NCBI GenBank assembly: GCA_025201805.1
Contig: MU619383.1
Coordinates: forward strand, 3,861 to 67,860
Source: Parasitella parasitica NRRL 2501
Lineage: Eukaryota > Fungi > Mucoromycota
Reading direction: 5' to 3'
Length of the DNA: 64,000 bases
How positions within the stretch are numbered: the first letter of the stretch is position 1; every line of letters starts with the position of its first letter. Both the position numbers and the translations under genes were made by a program. Shown here one piece after another: positions 38,003 to 49,959 of the stretch. A model generated the notes under the pieces. It made no database searches. It saw only the letters and a list, made by a program, of their open reading frames with translations, and was not told the origin of the DNA.

Positions 38003-38942
38003 TTATTCTGCATGTAAAAAAACATATTCTCTTGCGCTATTGCCGAATTTCAGTACATCTTTAGCTTTTAACTCGATAAAACGGGTTGCTGGAATCTGCT
38101 CATTGTTCAGATACGTTCCATTTGTAGCGTCCAAATCAATAATAAAGGGCCTGTATTAATTATATAAGAATCTAGCGTAGTATGGATGTAACTATCTCAA
38201 CTTACTTGACAGCCTTGGTGGGTTTACCATTTGAGCCTTCCTCGGTGACCATTCTATATTGTATTACAGCATGCTGCTTTGAGCATGAAGGGTGATCAAC
38301 AGGAATGTCCACCACCTAGATACATACAGTAGTTAGTAAATATTATATTGGTATCGTAGCTATTCAGTAGGCTTGCTTTACCACACGATCACGACCAATT
38401 AAATAGGAACTTTGTCTATGAATGTGTAGCAAATCTAAAGGGAGACACTTGCATCAAATTATCGAGTGGATTACAGACAAAAACAGACGATAATTACCAA
38501 TTTGTTCGTCACCTTTGAATACATATAGTCGCCATTTAAGTGAAGGCTTTGCAGCTTCAGGTGGTTCATTATACTTTAATTCCACACCTTTGACAGTATT
38601 TGTTTCTGCTGCTAGTTTGCCGGACAATCCAAAGTTAGGTTCCATTTTCTCTACAGGCTCTTCTTCTAATTCCTCGTTATCTTCGGGTCTGCCCCATTCA
38701 AATTTCTTATTTCGTCTTTCTGAGTTGTTTCGACCATCTCTATTATTGTAACGTCTACGAGGTGGAGAGCGAGAACGTTCACCTTTTCTACCATGTGGTG
38801 GCGAACGAGAGCGGGAACGAGAATAACTACGGCGTCTTCTAGGTGGTGAGCGCGAGTGAGAATAACGTCTGCTTCTTTTGTGTCTTTCAAATGGTGATAT
38901 AGATCTTCTTGATGAACGACTATGGCGTGAAGGAGAGCTCAT
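38003..38942 (-). CDS. PML1: FHA-domain RES complex subunit Pml1/SNIP1
   Basis: RS-rich N-terminus, PNFGLSGKLAAETN, KYNEPPEAAKP...WRLYVFKG, HPSCSKQHAVIQY, DLDATNGTYLN. Confidence 0.93.
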
Positions 38943-40303
38943 GGATGGTTTTTACTCTACTAAAAGATGATGAACGAATATTTGATGCTGGTAAAAGTAA
39001 AATGCCACTCCTCCTGTCTAATAAGTCACATCTCGATTTCATCAAATCCATGGATTTTGTTACAAAACGTTGAAGCATTGTCTGAGCGCGCATTTCAGAT
39101 CCTTTAAGCCCATAATTTGTGTTCTATTTCTGATATATCGCAAGTGCACTTGAAAGAAATCGCTTTCTATAATCTCATTAACCTTTCCATGCAAAACTTT
39201 TGCTTACTGTAAAATTTTATGAATTAGGATCTGTAGCGACTCAACTGGAGTGTTCTAGAGATTAAACTACTAATAGTCAGTAGGATCAAGATATAAGTTA
39301 TTAAAATCCTGCCGAATGCTTAAAGTCAAAAAGCGCTTTTAGAATATCGACTTTTTAGGCTATAAGCAAAGCTTTGATTAAGAAATTTGGTTTTGATTTG
39401 CATATTACCAACGGTATCTGATGCAAAAAAGAAACAGCTAAAATTTTGCTAGCAAAAGCTAACATGTTTTTTTTTACTTTAATAACGCAGTTTCGGTTCG
39501 AGCCCTACATTGAACTAGCTCGATTGATCTTTTTTCTAAAGTTTTGAAAACATAATATAGTACATAAAATGTGCATCAGAATCCACAACTCTTTTTAATA
39601 AAGCAACAAAAGTTTTAGGGACATTGGTTATGGTTACATTTTTAATGCTGTAAATTTGCGCAGTATTAGCGTTCTGTAGAAAGATGTGTGAGTGAAGTAT
39701 GCATCATGAAATTGACATGATTATATATAACGCTTATACGAGGATGTGGTTTATTTGTAATTAGCGCAAGCACACGCATAACGTACACATTAGAATGTAA
39801 ACAAATCAACATCATTCGTAAATTCAGTAAAATCCAACAGCGGAATGAAAGCAAACTCAAAGAGATGCAGACATTTATTTCATAGACAAGCTGTGTAACT
39901 AAGAGGGTACGTTTATTGTAGATGTCAATTTGCTTCAGCACTGTATCCATAATAAAAGAAAATATTAACTATATTTGACTCTGTATCATGTATGGACAAG
40001 CTTTCTTTGTGATCCTACCTTGTATGAGTAGACTTTTTGTTGTTGTTGCTGTAACATTTGGTGAGGCTCCTTCTTTGTTTTTTGTGATACCCAACAACCT
40101 TCTTTTTTAAATCATCTGCTCCCCTCCCCCCCTTTTTTCTTCCCTCTTTTTCCTTTCCGTCTCTCACCCATTCTATTTCTGCTATCGGCTGCTTGCTATA
40201 ATTTATATATAATTTCTATTTACTGTAAATTTTCATAATAGATATATCTTTTCTGGTTTTTTGTGCAAAAAAAAAAAAAAAAAAAAAATCAAATACTGTA
40301 ACC

Positions 40304-41719
40304 ATGACAACCACTTCCATTCTTTCGGAACGTCAAAAAGATGAACTGTGAGTAACAAAAATTCATATAAAGCGAAAGAAACTAATGAATATTACAGACA
40401 TAAAGCTATACTGGATTATCTGAATACATGTGGATTCAACCAGGCATTTCTTGCTTTAAAAAATGAGACCGAAAATGATGATTTTGTACCAGATTCCAAG
40501 CAAAAATATGCTGGATTATTGGAAAAAAAGTGGACATCTGTGATTCGATTACAAAAAAAGGTACCAAAAAAAAAGGGAACACGCACAACCCTATACTCAT
40601 ATACATATACAATAGATCATGGAACTGGAGACAAAAACGACACAAATGCAGGAGGAATTAAACAATGCTCCTACACGTAAGCTAACTAGCTCAGTTGATT
40701 GGATACCTAGAGCACCTGAAAGACACTCATTAATGGGTCATCGTAATCCTATCACACGCGTTGCGTTTCATCCTACTTATCAAGTACTTGGATCTGCATC
40801 GGAAGACACAACCATCAAAATTTGGGATTCTGACTCTGGAGAATATGAAAGAACGCTGAAAGGTCATACAAAAGCAGTACAAGATATTGCATTTGATTCA
40901 AAAGGCAATCATCTTATATCATGTTCTGCTGATTTGACTATTAAAGTATGGGATACAAACAACGACTATAAATGTATTCGCACTCTACACGGTCATGACC
41001 ATAGCGTGTCTTCGGTTGCTGTTATTCCAGAAAAAGATATTATTGTGTCTGCTTCTCGCGACAAAACTATAAAATTGTGGGAGATGGCATCTGGATATTG
41101 CGTCAAGACATTAATAGGCCATCTTGACTGGGTGAGAAGTGTGTCTCCCAGTGAAGATGGATTATTGCTGGTCAGTTGCTCTAACGATCAGGTAAATCTA
41201 CATTGGTAATATTTCAAACTGATAATCTAAATGTCAAAAAATTAGACTGCCCGTGTTTGGGATATCCAAAAGGGAGAAACCAAAATGGAATTTAGAGGTC
41301 ATGAACATGTTGTCGAATGTGCTATATTTTTGCCAGTGATATCGTACCCATTTGTATGGGAATGGTTGGAGCTAAATGTGAAATTAAGTAAAGATCAAGC
41401 TATGCCTGGACAATACATCATTACTGGATCTAGAGATAAAACGATCAAATTGTGGGATGCTGCGTCAGGACAGCTGCTAAGCACTTTGGTGGGTCACGAC
41501 AACTGGGTGAGAGAAATTGTTGTACATCCTAGTGGTAAATATCTCGTTAGTGCATCTGATGACAAGACGATGAAGATATGGGATTTAAAGAGTGGAAGGT
41601 GTATAAAGACGATTGAGGCACACTCGCATTTTGTTACATGTCTCTCCTACTGCACAACCACACCGCTGGTTGCCACTGGCAGTGTTGATCAATCAATTAA
41701 AATTTGGGGATGTCGATAA
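40304..41719 (+). CDS. PAC1: Dynein regulator LIS1/NudF/Pac1
   Basis: LisH ([18 protein letters not shown]), [16 protein letters not shown] coiled coil, WD40 repeats. Three introns. Confidence 0.96.
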
Positions 41720-41758
41720 ATACACATATATTTAAATAAAATAAGTGATGGTAATAAT

Positions 41759-43362
41759 TTATATTTTGACCGCAGCCCAGAATGCACAATCATATACATA
41801 TTTTAGCATGCCATCTGGATTTGATGTATAAGTTGTAGATACCATAGATTCCTTTTTAATGTCAAATCCAGTCTTTTTGGCTACGGCTTTGACCTGCTCG
41901 AGACTCAATTCAATAGAGGCATCGCCAGAAGAAGAGTCTTCAAAATGATACAAAAGAGGCCCTGATAAGCGAATATGTGTAAATGTTAAAAATAATGTCG
42001 TAAGTTTAATGCCTATATAAATATATATACCAATATTGATCCATGTGCCGTTTTGTTTCAATGTCTTATGAATAACTTCCATGTATTCCAGTATGTTTTT
42101 GGCGGTGTCTATGAAAAAACATGTAACCACCACATCCCATGCCTGCTTGTTATTCTCTTGAGAGTACACTTCGATAAAATCACCAGCGACCATGGAAAAG
42201 TCTACAGTATCCAAGAGATTAGCAGGCAGCATATCAGGGATCAGGACTGGATCCAATTGCTTTTCATCCGACTTGATATTTGAATTTGAATGAATAAACG
42301 GATAAATTTTATATTCGTTTTCCATTTTGATTCTATTCAGGACGAAATGAGATGCAAACAGCTGTTTTGTCGGATTAGTTATGCAGAATGGTAATAATAA
42401 GTCTCCCTACATACCATGAAATATGAAAATTCATTTCCTGATAATTTCGTTTAGTTGTTATACTAGTAGTGTGGACCTGCATATAAAAAATCATATAATT
42501 ACCTTGACAACTAAACCCTACGACAGCATAATCAGATTTGCATGATAATTAAAAAAAAAAATGATACTGATATACACATACCTGCTTTGGCAATATCAAA
42601 CGCCAATCTACCTAATCCTGCGCCAGGTACCAGCACACGGATAGCGCCTCTTTTTTTAGTTATATGTTTGTTAATTCACCATGTAGGTCATTCAGCGTTT
42701 CAAATCTAATTTAGGGTGATTACCTCTCATGAATTGGCAAATCCTTATAGATCGCATTCAACTCTTGTATGATGGGATCATAAGTTGCCCTCCGCTCACA
42801 CTCTCCCTATCAAAAAAGACAACTCTTTAAAGTTAGATGATATCATGTCCTGTTTTCCCAAATCAAATCATACCTCTTTGGACCAGTCTCGAACAAACTG
42901 CTTTAATGTGCTTCTCACTTTATCCATGTCCATAGGAGAAACAGGAGGATTTTGTTGGTTCTAAAGTCACATCATGTTTGTTGGTTATTTCGGCAAACAT
43001 GCGTAATTAAAAAAAGGCTATGTTACGTTGGAACCCTGCTCTTGCTCATCTGCATCTTCTGTGAACATGCTGGCGCTTTTCACAATGGCACGAATTAGCT
43101 TCATGTTCTCTTCAATTCGACCGTCTACTTGATTGACTTTTTCCAGGTAGTCTGGAATTAGCTTTTTGTGATGCTCTGGAAGCGACAGGTAATCGCGTCT
43201 TCTTCTATGATTATGGTTGAGCGAATGACGTCTGTAGTAGGCAAATGCAGTAATCACTTTGATAAGATGTAGTTGTTCTGCCTGGATAGGATCATGACTA
43301 TCGGCTTGGTCATGACTGTGGTTGTGGTGATGATTCTCATTATGCTGATGTTGGTGTCCCAT
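41759..43362 (-). CDS. CARNMT1: Carnosine N-methyltransferase / N2227-like SAM-dependent methyltransferase
   Basis: DMDKVRSTLKQFVRDWSKEG, VLVPGAGLGRLAFDIA, GNEFSYFM, FSMVAGDFIEVY, TCFFIDTAKN, GPLLYHF. Includes 15-nt and 23-nt micro-exons. Confidence 0.92.
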
Positions 43363-44050
43363 CTCTTTTTTTTTTTTTTTTGGCAGCAGGGAAAAACAAA
43401 AAGAGAGAGGGGGTGGGCTCGAGTCAGGGAGGGACAGAGGAGATAAAATTATTTCACAGGCCAAAGATAATACAGTATTTTACTGACATGATCTTTAGAT
43501 GTTTCGAATCGCTTCGTCACCAAGCCACAGTGTATTCAATAGCATTTTAAAACAAAAAAAGAGGGGTTAAGGAATCCGTTGTTATTATTTTACCTTGATT
43601 CAGGAGCGAGGAAAACATCAAAAAAGATAAAAAAGATTAGAGAGAATGCAGATATCATGCAAATCGGTTGCATTCATACTTTTTTCCTCTTAATTTCACT
43701 TGTGTCGTTTATTCATAATTCACATGTCAAGATGTAATCGATGCTGTGTTATGTGTATCATACTTTTTTTTTTTTATGTATGTGTAATGTTACAATAAAA
43801 CGAAACATTAAAAGTATACAAAATAGATAGATACCGTATGTGATTAACAGGCATTACAAGGCACTCCGCGCAACTTTCATATCAACAATTGGCGCGTGAT
43901 ATTCTTGTATAAACGGGCCCATAATAATCATAATAAAAACAAGTAAGCAAGTGTATATAAATAGTAAGAAAGTACTTTTTTTTTCTTTCTCTCTCTCTCA
44001 CTTACCCTCTCACTGCTTTACCTGCTAGCTGTATTCCTTTGCCACCCAAC

Positions 44051-44691
44051 ATGTCTGTTTTAAACGTCTGTACAACGGAGATGGATCGATATAGACACCA
44101 TCAGCATCAGAGAATTTCTTCTATATATCATCGATTCTACCCAATGTCGAATGACGATATGAGTTCATACACATCTTCATCCAAAAATTCCTCATTTGAA
44201 GTCATATTTTCAAGGCTATTAGATGCTCTTATTTTCACATCAGCCATTGCAATTACAGCATACAGCTATCTCACAGGTACATTGCTTGATCAGCCGGCTT
44301 CCTATGTTGAGGCTCCTCCAAAACCCATCATGAAAAAAATTACTACAAAAAATATAGAAGACTCGAAGAGAAGAAGAACCCATATGTGGGCGGAACAGCA
44401 GATCTTGAATCAGCCCATTGTATTAGCTGGTGTTGCAAAAGCTAAAAAGAAGAGATCAACCTCCAGCTCGCACATCAAGGTAATAACTTTGCAGTGTGAT
44501 ACACATGGCCGCACACAGGCTAATCCTTTTCATTTTAGGTTCAACCACTTGATCTGGACATGAAACGCGAAAAGAAGAGAACACAATCTCTGCCCTCAAA
44601 ACCAGTAGAAAGAGAAGATGAAATCATTTCTCAAATACAATCCCTCATTCAACTTGGTCAAGATGCCTTATCGAGTCCTGTAAATTATTAA
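44051..44691 (+). CDS. Hypothetical protein with one hydrophobic segment (2 exons; intron 44480-44538)
   Basis: LLDALIFTSAIAITAYSYL hydrophobic stretch. Spliced C-terminus QIQSLIQLGQDALSSPVNY*. Confidence 0.75.
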
Positions 44692-46216
44692 CCTCTCTTT
44701 TTGTGCATGTAAATTTTTCAAATTATTGTAATATCCCCCTTTCTTTTTTATGCTACTCTTCTCTCCTCTTTTCAATATCAAACAACATAACTACATGTCA
44801 ACAAATCAACAAATCACATTAAAAACAAAGCTACTTTTATATACGCATATAAGTCTATTATCACCACACACAACATATTGTATAAGCACCTCGTAGTTTG
44901 TTTAGGGCTCAATAGTAATTTGTAAAAAATACATTGTCGTTTTCCTTATTATTTTTATTATTATCATCATTCATAAAACCATCAAGTTTAAATAAAGTAT
45001 GCATACATTTGGTTAGAGTAACGCACAACGAGCTATTCCGGTAAATTTTTGGATACTCAACATGGCTTGAATTAAAGTTTACATGCTAGATTCCAATGCT
45101 ATTCTCAAATGATCTGGCAATTCTTTTTTGCTCAGCTTCATACTCACGGAAATCTCGTCTTTTGAAGGATTTGCCAAGATTTTTAGATTAAAACAATCTT
45201 GTAAAAAAAATCATATACAATTTTGGAAAAACGTATTCTTATTCATTAGATAAGTAATAAAAAGTCATCATATAAAGAGGATGACAATAAAAATATACAA
45301 TAAAAAAAAATTGCTAGTGATTAGACTATTTGTATGTACAGCAATTAAAAGCTGTAGGAAATTGTAGGTCAAGTAAATAGCATAAAGCTGTTGTAGGTAG
45401 ATTTTATTAAGCTCTTTAGTTTCCGTGATAACTATCCCCTCATTTCTTGTGTAACTTATCTGAAGAACGATTTATTCGACTTTTTGAATAAGAAATCGGT
45501 CCATTTATAGAGCTTATATAAATAGGTGGCCTTTTCCGTACGATCAAGACGTTTGTTTGGCTTGGCAAGCAAGTAAGGTTTCCGGATTTTCCCCGGATTC
45601 ACCAAAACATATTCTGGTACTGTTGAAACCTTGATTATATAAAATGTCGTATACTACCTATTAACTTGAAAATCTCCAACAGAGATGCTAACCAAAAGCC
45701 ATTTAAAGCCCCCCTTTTTTTTTACAATCCGGAAATGTTTTGTCTGCTTTTTTGGTAATTGTCTCTGCTTGCCTTACTGTTACTTTGCTTTTTTGTCTCT
45801 GAAGCTTTTTGAATTACTCCCTTGGCTCTTGCATCCATTGTATTCTCTTTTACTATTTTACTCTTCTCTTTTCTTCTTTATGAAAAGTCGTTCTACTTTC
45901 AAAACAGGAGCTGGTGCTCACTACTTTTATTCAACCCACATTTATATATTTCATACTATAAACCTCACAATTCTAACATTAATATGAGCATTCAGGACAG
46001 AAATACTGGCCATTTTAGAAAATGTTAATAAAGTTTGTATAGATAGTTAAACTTTATACACTATACCCTTTTTTTTTTCGAGTGTCCACTGTGTTGATCG
46101 TAATGCACTTTGAGATTTTGTATTGAGCCTAATTTTTCAAATTCAACATAATACACCACTGAATGTTGTAAGTTCATCCCTTCTTTTTCTTTCCTGAATT
46201 TACTCCTCACACATAT

Positions 46217-47504
46217 ATGAAGCGTAAACATAAAGACGATCCACCAGATAGGAAAGGAAAGAGAGCTATAAGAAGTAAATATCTAACACATACGTTGTGA
46301 AAACAATATATGTCTTACTGTGTTTTATGTGCAGATTTGAATCACCAAAAAGAGGAGGCTGATTTGACAACACCAGGCATTCCCACCACCAACGATGCTT
46401 CGAGTTCAACAGCAAAGGCTTCTAGCTCAACAGAAAAGACTGCTAGCTCATTTAATGATATAGGTTCTTCTTCTAGCAAAACTCCTACTTTATCTAAGAA
46501 AGTCCAACAGAAAGAAAACAAAAAAGTTGCTTTAAAGGAGTTCAAGAAACAAAACAAATCCAACAACCAATGCTGTGTCCTTCATGTAAGCAGACAGATC
46601 ATGCAAAGTCTACCAGTTAACTCTGTCCACATCGAAAAGAAAAGAAGGTGGTTCAACACATGATGACGAAAAGGCAGAAGCTTTCACCATCAAGTCTTCA
46701 CTTAAAAACCACATGCACAAATACAACATTCATGAAATCAATTGACAACTTGGTGGAGTACGCTACCAAAATTACCAATATAGGCTGATTGTTTGCAAAC
46801 TTTATCATTCTGAAATGTGCAGATGCCAATGAAGATACGACAATCATTAGTCAAGGTTTTGTTTATGTTATGTTTTCTACCTTAGCAGGTAATGGGAGTA
46901 GGGCTCCTGAGTTCATCCGTCAATATTTTGAAGAGTTCAAAAATGCGTGCGAAGATTGACAAGCAAATTTTAAAATCATTGAAGTCTATTGGTTATGCGA
47001 CTATTCTTTCCATTTCTGTCAAGTAGTATAAAACCCTTATCCGAAATCATGTTTGTGAAGACAACAACGAAAAACAACAATCCTTACTCCCGCCCTCCAC
47101 CACTTGATGGATCAGTTAAGGCAAATAAAATCATCATTGCCTATGGAGATGGAAGATTTTCACCTACCATGAGAGGCAAAAGATCTGGACCTACAAAGAC
47201 TATCATAAAAGCTCTTCAAAAATGTAAGGAAAACCGTGGTGTTACAGTCCAAATGGTAGACGAATACCTCAACAGTCAAGTCTGCAACAACTGCAAAAAA
47301 AGAAATGTTGAAAACGTTGTGCAACGATCAGCAAAGCGAAAAGTACATTCTGTATTACAGTGTCAAGAAACCGCTTGTAGCTTGTAATATTACTGGAATC
47401 GCGATATAATGGCTGCAAAAAACATCCTCGACATATTTTTACATGCAGCAAGAAACAATGACGCTCGTCTTTCACCATTCCAGCGTTCTGAATCAAAAGA
47501 ATAA
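46217..47504 (+). pseudogene. Fanzor (eukaryotic TnpB-like nuclease) relic, internally deleted
   Basis: N-terminal knuckle CPSCKQTDHAKSTS*LCP and FTIKSSLKN. C-terminal IIIAYGDGRF...VDEYLNSQVCNNC...HSVLQCQETAC...WNRDIMAAKNI (RuvC-II, Zn finger, RuvC-III). Contains stops and frameshifts. Confidence 0.85.
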
Positions 47505-47679
47505 TTGCAAGCATTGTGTGTCATTGATATTACTCTTTGATACGCCATGGGTATTCGGTTTATCCTATACACCATTGCAGGTGAGTAAAATTGTCCAAAA
47601 AAAAAAAAGAAAGTATCATCCTCTCACCAATTTTCTTTTGGAAATTTTGTAAAATTAGCACCTCCGTTGGAGATGCTCT

Positions 47680-48296
47680 ACAACACAGACCCAATAATGA
47701 GCTTACAAATATTGGCTATGATTGTACTGTAGTAGCTTGGGAGTGGGATGGCTCATTTGGCTACATCACTACAGAATTTGCTGTTGAATAATCTACGACC
47801 AAAAACATTATGGATCGGTACCTTGAAACTGGATCGTTTTCCTTGCGAGCAGCTCCATAGTTTACCAAGTCTCAAAATATCAATATATCAAGGGAATGGG
47901 CTTCCAACAATAAAAAATAACCAAAGCTCTGATTAAACGAGAAATAAGTGTAGAAAAGGCTTGCGTGATGCAAAGACAAGGAAGCAATAAACAGATGAGT
48001 ATTGGACCTCGATGATTTGGTGGGACGAGTCCATGTTCAGGCTGGAACAGAAGAATTACTATACGGTTATGGTTGCTATGTCGTAAAGTTTGATTCCTGA
48101 ATATTTTAGAACTAAGCCCTTTTAGGATGTTGTATATCTGTTGCCTGATATATTGATCTAACAGTTTTCTATGTGAGGCCATCATTAGAGAAGCATCAGA
48201 AAGCTTTAGTCTTGTTCATCTGGAGACAATTCTTTCTTTACTGCTAACAAGATGTACTACTATAATTGCAGCTAAGGGAGGCAATACCTGATATTG
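47680..48296 (+). pseudogene. Tc1/mariner transposase relic
   Basis: N-terminal HTH-like STTKNIMDRYLETGS, first catalytic motif YWTSMIWWDESMF, C-terminal SLLTRCTTIIAAKGGNT*Y. Multiple stops and deletions. Confidence 0.75.
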
Positions 48297-48575
48297 ACCT
48301 TTTTTTGACAGTAAATCAATATGAGCTAAGATGCATTCATTTGAAGTTACAAAACGAGACCATCAGGTCTCAACTTTCAGTCATAATACGAGTGATAAGT
48401 CAAACTTAAATAATCTGTTGATGTCTTCACTAATCAAATAAGAAAAAGTATATAGCTTGTTGTCCAGTTCATCCATAACATCGTTTCAATATGTCCGAGA
48501 TATCCAGAGGTGGGGAAGAGTTCTTTTTGTGGTAAGCCGACCGATAAAAATTATTATGCTCCAGCATTAGAGATA

Positions 48576-49055
48576 CAGTAGCCGCTCGATTTAAGGCTGT
48601 TCGATATAAGGCTATTCACGATATAAGGCTAAAATTTTTGTGAATTTTTTTTTTAAGCAGGGAGTTAGCCTTATTAGCCTTATTCGATATAAGGCTGAAA
48701 AATTTCGAAATTTTAGCCTTATTTTACAGTAAATTGACGGTATTTAAATTTGTGTTGTGTTGGAAACTGAGCATTATGCTACAGATTTCGTACTTTTGCT
48801 CGATAGTGAGACGCTCTCTTGATTGTTGATTAATGCTCATAGTATAATTGTTTGTCAAAATATGCTTTTTTAAGAATAAAGAAGTAAATGGATTTGACTG
48901 GACATGTGTCAAATTAATCTAATAGCTGTAGTACCGTATCAACTATGCCGGTGACTGTTTTAAGAGTAATAGTCACATGCACGATATAAGGCTATGTTCG
49001 ATATAAGGCTAAAAAAAGCTTGCAAAAAAAGTAGCCTTAAATCGAGCGGCTACTG
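48576..49055 (-). mobile_element. 480-bp pogo/Tigger-type non-autonomous element (MITE), copy 1
   Basis: 23-bp TIR CAGTAGCCGCTCGATTTAAGGCT, TA on both flanks, internal CGATATAAGGCT repeats, and a remnant transposase N-terminus (RERLTIEQKYEIC). Confidence 0.95.
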
Positions 49056-49079
49056 TACTGATTCTATATATAATTGATA

Positions 49080-49545
49080 GGTTGATCAAGACAGCTTTAA
49101 AATCCTAGAACAAACATCGATATGCCGGCTGCGCTGTTATTCTTGAAAGAAGGATTAATAACTATTCTGGGCTTGTTGAGGTTAAGGCCGAGTACAAGAA
49201 GAAAGATGCAGTAGGCCTATATGAAGATTTATTGCGCTTATCACTATTTGGAGCAATTGGTCTCGAAGACAATGATACAAAGTGTATGTTGCTCATTCAA
49301 ACAATAGGTAAAGTAAATCTTAAAATACTATCTATTATCCTTTTCATATTATGCTTACAAACATATAACATGATACAGGATCTTCTTTAACTGTATACGG
49401 TTGCGCTGAACATGCTAAAAGCCCAAAAATCATACTTGAGATCATGAACTTTAAACCCCCCCTATCTTTCCAAGAGTTACCAGGATTCACTGTGAAGCTG
49501 TATGAACTGAAAAGGCTCGGTTACTTCTATCATGAAGCTGTATGA
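49080..49545 (+). pseudogene. Relic of a PD-(D/E)xK-like family gene
   Basis: Spliced (intron 49308-49378) reading GLVEVKAEYKKKDAVGLYEDLLRLSLFG...LIQTIGSSLTVY...PLSFQEL. In-frame stop upstream near 49106. Confidence 0.55.
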
Positions 49546-49959
49546 AAGAGATTAGAGACAATGAAACGCAAGAATTTGTTTTCTAATAGCATCGATTCGG
49601 ATGAATTCATAAACAACGACACACCTAAAAGCTTTAAGTCACCCTTCCTCTCTCTAATAGGAATGAACCGCATGAATCAAACTTTGTTTTATAATATACA
49701 AATGTATCGAGTTGCTATCATTATCATATAGATATCAGATTTTAGCTGGTAGCAGTATAAAAATGCCAAATAAATTGGGCAGAGTAAAAGATTAAAAATT
49801 GATCTGATACGAGGGGTGTGTACCCAAGAACTAAAAATTTAAAGGGCCCATCGAAGGAAAGCAAGGAGATAGGCTGCCAAAAAAACATAGCCATCTCTTT
49901 TTTTTTATTATATATTTTTTTTCCCACTGTGTAATTTGTATAAATATTAATTTTTATAC

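Noticed and set aside
39490-39510. GGTTCGAGCCC T-loop-like motif
   Set aside because: No acceptor, D or anticodon stems around it, so not a tRNA.
48576-48730. Short spaced direct repeats resembling a CRISPR array
   Set aside because: They are 12-bp subterminal repeats of the MITE with tiny irregular spacers, in a eukaryotic context.
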